Of a DNA stretch of 64,000 bases, positions 48,401 to 62,000 are shown piece by piece. Source of the stretch: Tubiluchus corallicola. Lineage: Eukaryota > Animalia > Priapulida. The stretch covers positions 20,648-84,647 of the forward strand of contig JAQGDQ010000880.1 in NCBI GenBank assembly GCA_030141605.1. Direction: 5' to 3'. The notes beneath the pieces are model-generated. The model saw nothing but the letters and a program-made list of their open reading frames with translations. It made no database searches and was not told where the DNA came from. How positions within the stretch are numbered: position 1 is the first letter of the stretch; the number at the start of each line of letters is the position of its first letter. Position numbers and translations under genes: made by a program.

Positions 48401-51400
48401 AACGATTTGAGCCAGCACATAACACAATATCTGTAAAAAAATGTTTTACATTACTACAGCAAGTATAATAAAATATTGCAATCTGCTTACACAGTACGTG
48501 AACATCGCAAGCACAAACTATAAACTTGAGTTTCTTAAAGTTTTTAATGTGGATTTACACTTAATATGCAGCCATTTCATCCAATTCAAAGTTTCGAAAA
48601 ATATGAGTTTTACCATTCGCCCATTTATCCAAGACTTAACAGGATAAATGTTAACCAGACAGACTTAACAGTTTATCCTACTTATTTTTTATTTTATTTC
48701 TTTTGCATAAAAATCAAATGCAGTCCATAACAACAACCTCTTAAATTCAACACAGAAGCAAAATTTTACAATTTGAAACAATCAAACTGTTTTAAGACAC
48801 AGTGTTTAATATTTGTTATCAGTAGACAATCATAAACGCAATATTCGACACGCAGCATTTTCCAAAAATTTCTTTTCCCTTTTTCTGTTTTTGTAAGTTT
48901 TTGAAATCGTATTACAAAACAGTGAATCGACAATCACATACACATATACTTAAATATAATTAAAGGAAATCACAAGAATAACTAACATACAAGAATAGAA
49001 ACTGTTAATTGCAGACAGCGCTGTGACTAGCTGGATGGACGGCATATCAAATTGTTTGACTAGCTTGTATTTACTGTTATTTACATACCTAGAAAAATAA
49101 TAATAAGTTAAAAACAAATATACATACAAGGAGAACTAATTATGTAATAACACAGAAAGTTACCAGTCGAACCTTTTTAGAGCTTTTCCTAATGCAGCCA
49201 CTGCTATCAAACTGCTCTTCTTCATGTAGGCACTGCTGTAAAACTGCTCTTCTTAATGTAGCCACTGCTATAAAACTGCTCTTCTTAATGTAGCCACTGC
49301 TATAAAACTGCTCTTCTTAATGTAGCCACTGCTAGAAAACTGCTCTTCTTAATGTAGCCACTGCTATAAAACTGCTCTTCTTAATGTAGCCACTGCTAGA
49401 AAACTGCTCTTCTTAATGTAGCCACTGCTATAAAACTGCTCTTCATAATGTAGCCACTGCTATAAAACTGCTCATCTTAATGTAGCCACTGCTATAAAAC
49501 TGCTCTTACAATTCATTGCAACCTAACAAAGTAAATAGCTAAGCAGTCATGATGTGTTCAGACACCAAAGTTGAAAAATGCTGACACTAGCCAGTAAATA
49601 GACGGCCGAAACGAGCCTAGACAGTTTACCGGGGGAAGAATGCATGCACAACCAAATGTGACCTCTTCATCTCTACCATTTCAGGGTCACATCTAGAGGA
49701 TCATTACTGACAATGTAATAGATACCAGTCCTGCTGCAACCAGCTACAATAACAAGGCTCAGGCACTGTGTGCTCCATTAACAGCAGAGTTATCGAACAG
49801 TAATTTCAATTTCAAAATGAAATTTAGTTTACAGAAGTTAAAAGTATTTGTCACACATACAAAGTTTAAAAACGGTAATTGTGCAAAAGCATTAAACACA
49901 CAGCTCTCACAGTGACACTCTATAAATGAAATAAAATGGTGACTGGTCCAGATATATTTATGCATAAAAACAATGGCATCAAATTAGTTCAATACCATAT
50001 CACCTTAGAAAATCATGTTTTTTCTCCATTTTGACTTTTCAGAAAGAATTAAAATCAAATGTAAGTAGTTTAAATGAAAAAGAACGTAAATTGTTAGCAT
50101 TAATAATCACAGACAGCCAACTGTTCCACATATCGATCACCCTGTTTGCAAAAGAGTATTTAAAAACATCAATAATTTTTGTACAACCTATAACTATGGC
50201 TCTTAATGCGTGACTAGGCACGAAGGTAAAAAATCATTAAAACTTAGATCTATAAAAGCATGGCAAATTTTGTATACCATTTTCGTATCAAAAATAAAAC
50301 ATCTGGTTTCAAGAGCCTGTAGTTTCAAACCACCAAACCACCTATACTGCAAAAAAGGCTGGAGTTATATTGAGTTCGGCATTAATACGAGTAATGGTGT
50401 ATTACTCATTTGCATTATAACGAGGTACATTAATACATATAACGATGCGAATAATAGATATCTTGTTTTGCTAAAAAATTTGTTAAGCAAAGTTGGCTGT
50501 TATGACAAGGTTTGACTGAACATCATTTATATGCATTCACAATTTCACGTCTCCATCATTCCTACTCTCTACACTTATACCTTTCAACCAGTCTACCTGT
50601 TGGGGTGAACTCTGCTATATCATGCGCTCACCTCTTTACATCACTCTTTGTAGGATCAATCAAGTATTTGTAAAGATAAATCTTGTTTCCACTGGTCAAC
50701 AGCAGAAACTTGTCCATGTAGTAAAACTGAGCGAATCTAACTTCTTTGGTAAATTCAACATTACCCTGAAAAATAATACTGTGTTTACACAAACACGAAC
50801 AAATAATAATAACATCCCAAAAAATCATGCACTGAGTGCTATTACACATCTAATATGGTGTTATAGTATTAAGCAGCTAGAAGTAGTGTTTGGAACACTG
50901 TTTTCTCATCTACCTTGAATCTACACCTACTTTTGAATCATCTACATGTATCATCTACTTTCTTTAGCTTCTACGTGTATCTACATCTACTTTTATCTAC
51001 TTAAATAAATAAGAACAACAGCGAGCAAATTATTAAAAAAACTCCATTAGCTTCTTTATTTCATATTGTAACACTTTCTTAATTTTGCAGCTAATTATGT
51101 CTGTCGCATATGTAAATATATCTAAGACTAAACACCTGCGTATCTCTGGTTTCAGAATGAAAGGCCACATTTCTCGCACCATTAGATAAAATTATGGCGT
51201 CTTTCAGTTTGAAGGGTACAGGTGAGCATTCGAATCGACTCGAATTTGTGACTTTTGAAGTCGAATCGAACCGAATTTCAGTATTTCAAATTCGAATGGA
51301 GTTTAAAATATTTTCGAAACACAAGTAAAAAGTGATCTTACAAAGATCTTGCATAGTACTTGATTTTGTTCTGCAGTAAAACCACTATTAGTTTATTAAA

Positions 51401-54400
51401 AATTCTGCACAGAAACTGTAGCAAAATTGTGCTATTTGCATGCTGGTTCAAACATTTTAAACATTTTAGTAATAACGAACATATGTGGCTGAAGTGCCGA
51501 ATTATTCGAATCTATAATTTTAGGTTCAAATCGAATGTGAACTAAAAAAGCAACATTCGATGCTCACCCCTATTGAAGGGTCGATAGGAAAATATTCTAC
51601 ATTTTATTATTACAAACTATTTAATAGACTATTATAAGTTTTTGTCACTGTTGATTTTCACATACTGCCATTATTTTTCCAAATTCTCGTTCGTTTCGTT
51701 CTTGTATTATAAAAACACATTGAATAACAATCATTTTTGAATTTCATTCGTGTATCGTGTACCAAACATTGAGCAGAAGTATGAATTCAAAAGAAAATGT
51801 ATAATAATACGTTATCTCGGTTTGTGCCCGGCCAGTCACTAGACATGCTCCGCTTTACACAATCCAAGGTTAGAATTGGTTCACTGTAGTTGCTTGACCA
51901 TATCTTAGCGGTCTTATCACAAGAAGAGGAAATCAGCCAACGACTGTCACGACTCCAATTAGCTGACAGTACAGCACCATTATGACCTAATAAACAAACA
52001 CTAAAAACTAATCCTATTTAAACTACATCTAAAACACTTGAGTTTCAACAAACACAGCATATATTACTCTTTTGGTGATCGTAGACTAACTGTTTCTCAA
52101 ACACGAATGCAGGTTGGCTTTTCTCAACAAACTTTGACCTGAGTCAGAGAGGACGTAAAAACTATGATTATTTCTTAGTAAGTGCTTCTCAAAATTGTAT
52201 TAGTTTAACATTAATGTCATTCTCAACATTATGCTATGTATGCATCTGTACTGCTAGTAGTCGTACTGTAATGCTTATACTGTTTGTCTATCGTCTGCAC
52301 TCTACCAAGTGTTACGTTTCATTGGTGAGAACATTCATCAGTTGTTAAAAACTGTCTGTTCAAGCTGTATTGCAATACTTGTTATTCAATAAAAATGTTT
52401 AAATTAAACGCTAACAATCTCGGTGAATGACCTTTGTTTGACATTGTATTCAAAGTTAAAGATAACAGAGACCACAGATGAAAGATGGCATGCAGAGAGA
52501 ACACTTTCCTACTACTCTGTTACTGCAGATAGCGTAAAATTATTTCGTGCTGCCCAATAAGTTTACATTGTAAATTTCGAAACTTGACATGTATATCTAA
52601 ATAAGAAGCAAATTTTTCTCAACTTTTCTCTTTTTTCTATTACTGAAAAGATTGGGCTTGTACCAAACCATGAAATTCTTTTGTATTGAAAAATTTATAC
52701 CTGTACTAATATAACAAAAATATGGACTAACAAGAAGCATACCAACACAAGCAAAGCCCTTATCGGCAGATTTCTCGTTCAAAGGCATGGCTAGCACCTG
52801 GACCATTTTGTTTGACAGTGAGCAAGCAAGATTCTTTCCATTCTCTGAAACAATGAAGATGTGAATATAACTAAAGACTATATTTATACACATACAGAAT
52901 GATGACTCTGACTATGGCTATGACCATTAACTATGGTAATTAGTTGTTGGTTGGAACAGATATTAGTAAAAATAATAATAGCAGCAATGCTTGAGATTTT
53001 AGACTATAAACATGTTTTCTGATAAACTTACTACATTTTCACCGTATTAAACTACCTATTAATGTGAAAGATTACACCATCACTTTGTTACATAATCGAT
53101 TTAACAGTTCTTTAACTTGTATGAAAGTAAACCTATGAACATAAAAATGCATAAGTATAAGCACTGACTTTGATGCAACAACTATTTGAATATGTCACTT
53201 TGCGACCATCTCCAGATCATAAAATACAAATGAAAAAATGCTTAAATGGTTGAACTGCTGTAGTACTGGTGGAAGAACCGCCACTGATCCTCATTGCATA
53301 CCCTAATAAACTGGCTGCTGTCACTGTTCATATAGATATCTGTCATGTGCTTTAGGGAAGACATATATTTTTTCATATACTACCCCATTTTCAAGTCTGA
53401 TATAAAGTACACATGTTAACACAATTAGTACCACAAAAGCATTTCTGATAATTAAATAACAGATTAAAAATTTATTTGAGTGCAGGCGATCCCAACTAAT
53501 GACTACATCACAAATTAGCATAATTTTCAACAACAAAAATATTCCTCGAGCGTGTTTGCGAAGGCAAAGATTAAAGTACAGTGCTACTGTAAGATATTCA
53601 GTGTGTTGTACTAAAACTAGGCAAGTTTTAAGATAAAAATTCAAATTTCAATTTTACCGCTGTGCTCACGCATAAGCTGTCGAACACATCACAAACTAAC
53701 ACATCTGAACTGAGAGGTACAGCACCTCTTTTATGTGCAATGCATTTCTGAAATGCATGCGCTAGTGCCCATATAACTAGCAAATGTCGAAATTCATGTA
53801 ACAGTGAAGAAGTAGTGGCAGGAACGTGAAATTCTTTCATGCAAGTCATTTTTCAAAAAATAGTTTCCTTTCAATATTTTAAAGAATAAATTGTTCTGAC
53901 CTACAGTTTAAGATTAGGTCCGGTTTTACTTTAAGCTGTTAGGTGTCAAGTGTTGCATGTGACTGCACACTCCACATATCAAAAATGACAAGTTTTCAGT
54001 TCAAATTTTGAATAATTTTCTGTGGTTATGACAACAAAAACAAACATCAGCAGACAAAAGATACAGAAGCTTTACAAGTTTTTAATAAAATAAACCAACA
54101 TTTTCTGAGCTTATTATAAAAATAGAAATCAAGCCCTTGAAAAATATGTTTTCCAAAATCATACTGAGTAGTAAGTAAATATTGTATCATGCAATATTAG
54201 ACCAAAATGAAAGCTGAAATCCTGAAAAATTATAAGTGTTACACTCTGTGGTTTGTAGTCTGGGACTAACATCATACTATTTTCAGAAAGAAAGAAATTT
54301 AGATTTTGTAGTGCATAACGTTTATGTGAGTAAAAATATAAAGCAAAGCAAAAATAAAATTATACAAAACTAAACAATTATCCAATGACGTCCATTTTGC

Positions 54401-57400
54401 AGATTGCTCACATCTTGTAAAACTAACCTGAAAATTTTAGACTGTTGATTGCTGTGGGCTTATCCGCAACAGCCTGTTTGTGCCTCAAGTGTTTCGGAGC
54501 ATTGCCTTCCATGGGATAAACTTGTTTAATTCTACAATAATTGTAAATAAAAATAGCAAGTTAATGAACAGAAACAACTACTTGCATAATCATATTATGA
54601 AAATGAAACTTTTCAAACAATTTGGTACACTTATACAAGAAGTGAAACGCCCAAAGACTGGCTTTCAAAATTGTCACCTTTTTGATATGACTGGTTCGGA
54701 CTTGCTTGTTGGAAGCCTGCGAGAAACATTTGTTCGTGGCTGAAACATCGATTTCCTAGAATTCGGAAAGCACATTATATGTAGTGCACGTAAAAGCTAA
54801 AGAAGGAAAACACCTCCAACAGTAGCAGTGACAAAATCAACAAAAACAATGGCAGCAACTGCAACCACTATCACCTTCACCATCATCGTCAACACCTCCA
54901 ACCAGCAATATCGCCAACCACTGTCACTAACATCATTACCATCGTCAGCACCACAATATAAAAATACTAAAAACCTTAACTCAAAAAGATTTTCTACGTG
55001 AAATAAAAATGTGAATAAGCTGCATAATTTTCATCTTATAGTTTAAGATTAATATCGTCAGTTATGTCAATAACAAAAGAGACTTATCCACTACATGTAA
55101 TTCCACATGTTTTTTGCCAGTATGAGTTGTTCAGTGGTAAAGGATGAGACAGTGATGCAGTTTTAGCACAGGTGAACACTAATGTAAATGTCATGACATC
55201 TGGTGTAGAGTTCAAGTTGTTCTTCATTAAGATTTCTCATGTTGCCATTGCATTTGTTTAGAAATGCTTACTGTTCAATGTTCAACAAGATGCTTTTGCC
55301 CATATTTTCTTTCTACTGTTCAGAAATATATAAAAACAGTGTCAACTATGAGCAGGGCAGGATTACGCTATAGCTTAGGCCAATATAGGCTGTAGCCTAG
55401 GGTCCATGAAGCTTGGAGGACCCTCAAGCTTTGGTAAAAAAATCTGTTTTTCCACTATGGTTATGTTGAAATAAGTGCTAATTTTGTTTGCAATGAATAG
55501 TAAAATAAAGGTATTTCTTAAAAAATACTTTTATTGACAAACAAAAGGTATTCTAGTTTATTTAAAGAATTTACAATAAGTTTATTTCAAGCTATGTAAA
55601 TGTCACTAAAATATATCACACGTAAAAAACATTCAAGACAGGTGAAGGCAAATTAGAGGGTAGCTTCATCTGAGGGGCCCCATAATTTCACTAGTCCAAG
55701 GCACCAAAAGGTCATAATCTGCCGGAAAGCCACTTGCAATGGAAAAGTAGCCAGAGAACTGAACTGTAATGCATTACCTTGGTTTATTAGCTATATAACC
55801 AGAGGATTTAATCCTATCGTGGAATGTTACGGCGTGATTTTGTACAACCGATTTTCCTGTTTTTGCTTTTCCAACACCTATGGAAATACAATTAGGTACG
55901 TACAAGATATTTTCACAAACGTAAAAAAATGTTAACTGGTACACACAGCTTGCAGAATTTTCATGTTGGCACATTAATTCTGTATTTTGCAATTGTTCTC
56001 ACCTTTCCTTACTGAATCTGTTGGCTGTTTTGTCTGTGAAGTTAGTTCAGCTTTCAGTGGAGAATGATCACATAGTGGCGCACTAGTAAAATCACACAGA
56101 AAATCTCAAAAAGTTGTTGCTTACACGACCACACAGTCCTGTCATTAAAATTCGTTAACAAGATTCAAACTAACTTAATTAATTATGACTGTGATTGCCA
56201 GAATTTTTTATAAACTATTGTGGTTTATTTTAGCAATTATTACCTATTGCGGTTTATTTTAGCAATTATTACCTATTGCGGCTGCTAAGCAGGAAAAAGT
56301 AGACACTCAAAAATTGTGAGATGGTCTGGATTTGAACCCGAGACCAGGGATTAGTACTCTCATGCTTTACCACCCAAGTTTGAGAGCACTAACCAGGGGC
56401 GAATGGGTTTGGAAAAAAGGTGGGCCCAACGAAAAAGCAGCTGGGGGTTTTAGGAAGCACTATAAGCTATATCTATAACATAATATGTAATATAATACCT
56501 ATAAGCTGCATTTTAGACCGTTTTCTTACTATTTCCTCAAACAAATTCAATAGTTTAAAATTCATTGTCACCTCAAACTTTTGACTCTTAATTACACGCC
56601 AATATACTAGCATACACACTAGTACAGCATATAATTGCGCACAGGATATATTTGACAAAAACTTAAGGGGCACAATGTTTTTACACTAAAATCATTAATG
56701 CAGAACTTTTTACTTGATATAAGTCATTAAAAGCTACCACTAAACGTTCTAAAGCTTATAATCCAGGGAAAATATTAGCTTGGTGTACTGTAACTGCTAC
56801 TGTGAAATGGAGCCCAGGCCCCTTTGGCTCACCCCCTAGATCCGCCACTGCTAACCACTATCCTACCTACCAGCATGGGTGTACTAATCCCATGTCTTGG
56901 AAACTGTTGTACATAAAATTTCACTATTTAATTCTATCATCATCATTAGCTTAAAATCTTAGAGCAGTAGGGACGTGGTGCATCTTAGAGGAAAAACCAG
57001 TAAAAGAATTTTTTGCATTCAATGCCAATGCAAGAGAAACAGCAACATTACTCAAAATTACACAGTAATGCCTATACATCTGTGCAGCAGAGTGCATAAT
57101 TGATAGTAACACACATAAAAACACTAGGCATACTATATACCAGGAAAGAACTGTCAGTTCATCATGCCTATGTCCAGATACATTGCAGTGAGACTCAGTA
57201 TTTAACTGAAGCAACCTCACAGAGTTTCCAAATAAACTTCCAATACAGCAACACACCTATAAATAACCAATTACAAATATTATCACAATAAAAACTTTAT
57301 ATAAAAAATAAAGATTATTATCATAATAATATAATATCATGTCAATATTGTAAAACAATTACTTGCATACATAAAAGATAAAACAAAGCACAAATGTCCT

Positions 57401-59013
57401 AAAAGTCAGCAGTCATTTCAATCTCGGACTTCCTGCAATTAAACCTGTTATAATTAAAGGTTATAATTAAAGGAAGAGTAATTTGCAAAAAAATTTCAGC
57501 CACCTTACTAGATTTGTTCAATTTTTCTCATTTTTTTTCTCCAAAAATAGCACAATCACTGGCAGGTTGAATGAATAATTAACGAAAAATTACAGTTTAA
57601 AACAACAAAATTTTGATACAAGCAGTGAAATATTTTTATTTGACACAACTGGCATAAAAACAGAGATTTTGGCAAACAAGCAACAAACTTGTTATATAAA
57701 ATTGAATTTTACTGCTGTGATACACCTGAAATTACTTACAACAGTTAATTGAATTAATGCCTAATCAGTGCCAGTCTGCACCACTTCACTGAAGTATCAA
57801 CTATAAAGCTGCCTATCACCAGCTTTTCAGGCTTTGATTTCACCCTTTCAGTCCCAAATTATTTTTTTCATAAGAAAATTTTTTTTTGGCTTGGTACTTT
57901 TGTTCAGTATGTCCATCTTGTTTACACATAATAAATATTTTTTCTCTACCTGTGCCCGCGTGCTAAATATAGCCTGTATCCCACGGGATACATTGGGATT
58001 CAATGGAAGCATAAAATGTGCTTCATTTTGCAACTGCTGATAATTTTTTAAAAGTATTTAAGACATTTAGTATGCATGCTATACTGATCTGTACAAAGTC
58101 ATCTCTAAAGTACTGTACCTTGTGCAGTTTTTTATGCCATGTAAATTTTCTAGTTTGCCATTTTATCACTATTTTTAGTCTATTGTTATTGGCTTAAATC
58201 AAAATAACTATTAACAGATCAAATAACTGTCAGTTTTAAAATTTTATTAATTTTAAAGGTAGAAAATATTCTCGTATCCCATGGGATACAACGGGTATGA
58301 AAGGGTTAACACAAGCAATTGATTCAAAATTAGAAAAATTTGTTGCAAATGATGTGCACTTTTGAATGAACATGAATTAAACAAACTGTAAAGCAAAAAG
58401 CAGCAATATTTCTAGCGCATGCAAACAATGTTAATAGTCTAAAAGTGAGATTTAAAATACGACAAGTTAAAATAAGAATTAAACGACTATGTCAGCACAC
58501 AGCAGTTTACAAAATGTACGCCCATAGAACTGCAAGACAAATATCATACTGAAGCAGCTCCGGGAGTTTGTGCCATTGCATAGGTATGTGCAACCATCAA
58601 GTCCTCTTCCTGTGAGACTCCTTTATTTCTGCACAATCTGGGATCTGGAAATATATTAAATTAAGTTCTTTTGCAGCTGATAAAAACAAGAGAAGTGTTG
58701 AGAAGTGTTCACACCGTGTATAACAATACTAAACAAAGCGTGTCAAATTTTAATGACGTGATGCCAGCAACTGCTCAGATGCATGTCCACAGCAAAGGCT
58801 GATAATTTATGAAGGCAGCATATATTCATAATAGCCAATTAACATCTGATGTCTTTCGACTATGTTACTTTCCATAAACCGTTTAATCCAACAGGGAAAT
58901 CAAATCTCTTGTTCTTTATATTAACTTTGTCAAATGAGTCTATTATAACTCATCAGGGACTAGAAAGAAGGATTACACAATACTTTATGTTTTATGCATT
59001 GCAGCACGAAGTC

Positions 59014-59045
<32 letters not shown>

Positions 59046-62000
59046 CTTTATTTAAAGTTAGCTTGTGGGTTAACAATTAACATAAGCTCAAGAGCTTTTT
59101 CCACCGACTGTAAGAAAAATCTACACCTAAATAACAGAGACTATTATTACCCCACTTTTGTCCTAAATACCACGTGCCAGGCAGGGCAACAGCGGGGCCA
59201 TTTTTAAAGCCTTTGGCATGACCTGGCCTCTGTATCGAACCTACTACCTCTCAGATGGAAAGCGGACACGTTACCACTAGACTAAATCGTCTGGTCAACA
59301 CAATGCCTTGTGTTTTATGCGTTGCAGCATAAAGTCTTACATTCTATAGTGATAGGACACCTATCTTTCAGTTTAAACAGTAAAAAAACTTAAATTAATA
59401 TCTCAAAAGAATTTATCCTAGACAAGATGAGAATATTTTACCTGTCAGTAAAATTCAGCAGATCAATGTTGTAAATATGAATAGATTTGTAGACGTAAGC
59501 GGTCAAAAAAGTTTCATACAAAAAAGTATAGCCAGAAACAATGTTAAACTGTTAAGATAAGTCAACTCACCACTCACTCTGTTTAGTGCAAATCCTAAAC
59601 AGTCAAAGTTATTGCTAGTTTGCTGGTCATTTTACGTATTTTAGACCTAACCCAGACAAGCCTTATGTTTATAAGAACATGTTAGTACGTATGCATCATT
59701 GCAATATATTCAAAATTTACACGAAGAATTGCAATTAAATAAATTCCAAAGCTATGAATGGAAATAAGAAAAGTGATAACTAAAGTGAGGGCATCTGTCA
59801 ACTACTTATCTTAACTTAATATTTTTTGCTTTCATCTGATGCAATGACGTGATGTGGTCAATAAATATACCAAGCAAATGTGTTTTTCTTTCAGTTTTCG
59901 GGCGCGCTGAACAGGCTGTCAAACTGTAAGCTTATTGGAATAGATGTCAGTTTGGCTAAGAAAATAAGATACAGGCATTTACCTTGTAAATCTACGTACT
60001 CTATGGTCTCCATGGATTTAGCATTAGTTAACATGATCCCCCGTGCCATACCAATTACTAGTATGGAAGTAGATTTCAGGAGGTCACTAAAATACATAGA
60101 ATCAAACTAGAAATGTAAAAAAAAGATTTCGTTATAACACTAAACTAATCATGTGATATCCTTAAACAGCAAACTGGACAATGTTTATCTTGGAAATACT
60201 GTGACTTCAACAATTCAAAATCAACATAACCTTAATGCATTTAAAGAGTTACTTGACAAACCAATGAGTTTTGTTTACATTTGCTTATTTTTGTTTACTT
60301 CAACAGGTCTGAAAAAACAACACTGGATTCTTTTGTACAGTAGGTCAATTATACGGTTACTAGTACCTCACAAATGATGGCGCGTAAAAATGTTGATCAC
60401 TTTTACCAGGTTCAACCTCAACAGCAGAAGAAGAGCTCGGAAAAGCAAAGTGCAATCCTAAAATAGATGTGCCAGCTTCCGCTTCACCTTTATCAGCACC
60501 ATCCTCATCTGCAGCTGTACGCATCTTCCACGCTGGCTCACTACTTACTACTTTAAATCCTAAATTAAAAAAGTTTGTATCAAGTACTAAGAGCAACGTT
60601 AATACACGATGGTCATCAAGTAGAACTGTTGTTAGTATAACACTCTCGGTTAAAAACGACAACTTGGGGTGACATATATGGATTTGCAAACTAAAGGAGT
60701 TTATAAGTAAGGTAAGTTATACATTATTACACTGGAGTACTTTGACGATATATGATATACTGCAAGCCTAACAAGTACTACTTGGCACAATGAAACTCAT
60801 TAACAACCTAACTGAACTATTACGCAAAGTATCTTTGACTAAAATAATTTAAACAAAGCATACTTAGCGAAACCAGCTAATTTTCTGTCTCATTAACAAA
60901 GATCTATCTAGTACTAGAGCAGCCGTTGTTGTGTTTTGCATGTCAGATGACTTGCCACTGGCTGCAAGGCAACCTATAAGGTTGATTGGTTAAATGGTCT
61001 GCTATTGTTCTATAAATAGCATATCAGTTAGACTTAAAAAACAGAGTTCATATCTGAAGACTTCCCAAGCAAAATTTCTGTTCCAGCTGCAGTGGCCGAT
61101 TCATTATTTTGGGTTGATTCATAACCAAGCCAATTATATTTTTTATTACCTTCGCTCCTAAAATTATACTCAGGTGATGATTGGCTCTCCTGCTTGCCAC
61201 TTTGATGCTTAGCAAAGGTTTTAGTGGTATCCAAGGTAAACAACAGACGCGGATTCTTCCAATCAGACAGGTCGTACAATCTTACCAAACCATCTTCGGT
61301 ACCCAGGGCAAATTGCGCCGCCCTGGGATTCATTGCAATTGTCAAAAATGGAGAAGCTGAAACAATAATAAACATGATTTGTTATTTTATGAATCCCTTT
61401 TGGTTTCAAAAAAGTAAATATTGAAAAACACAGAGAAACACTACTTTGTTTTTTCCTTTTAGCAGGTTTGAATAAGTAGTTTGAATTAAGCATTATTAAA
61501 ACTGATGACTTTTGAAAATTATTACTATAAGACATCAACATATCTGATATAACACAAGACTGATATTATTAAGCCTGATGACTCTTATTAAATACTTACT
61601 ATAAGATATCAATGTACCTGATATAACAGAAGACTGACAGATGAGCTCACTTTTGGCTACATCCCAAATTTTAAATGTCCTGTCATCAGACGCTGTGACC
61701 AGTAACGAAGATGCATGAGTAAAAAACTCTGCACAGTTTACTTTGCTCTTGTGTCCCACTAATGTTGTATCATACTTATCTGCCTGAATAAACGTGCAAA
61801 ATAAGTATAGATGCTTTGAAGTGTGTAAAAGAAATTCAAATATTAGAGAAACATAGTTAATTACAACCTGTCAATCATATATGTTTAGGAATACAGCACT
61901 GAGAATAAAAAGTTAATTAGCAATTCATGCCTTTTTGTCCAATGTTTACCTCTGTGCCAATGACTAGAACACTGCTATCTATACATAGAGCAACAAGTGT

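Noticed and set aside
49190-49508. CRISPR-like array of 32-bp units
   Set aside because: Head-to-tail identical units with no unique spacers, in a eukaryotic intron with no cas genes: a minisatellite.
60864-60973. Possible extra WDR27 exon (GKSSDM motif echoed at ~61050-61068)
   Set aside because: In-phase reading hits TAA before the donor; flanking exons join in phase without it.
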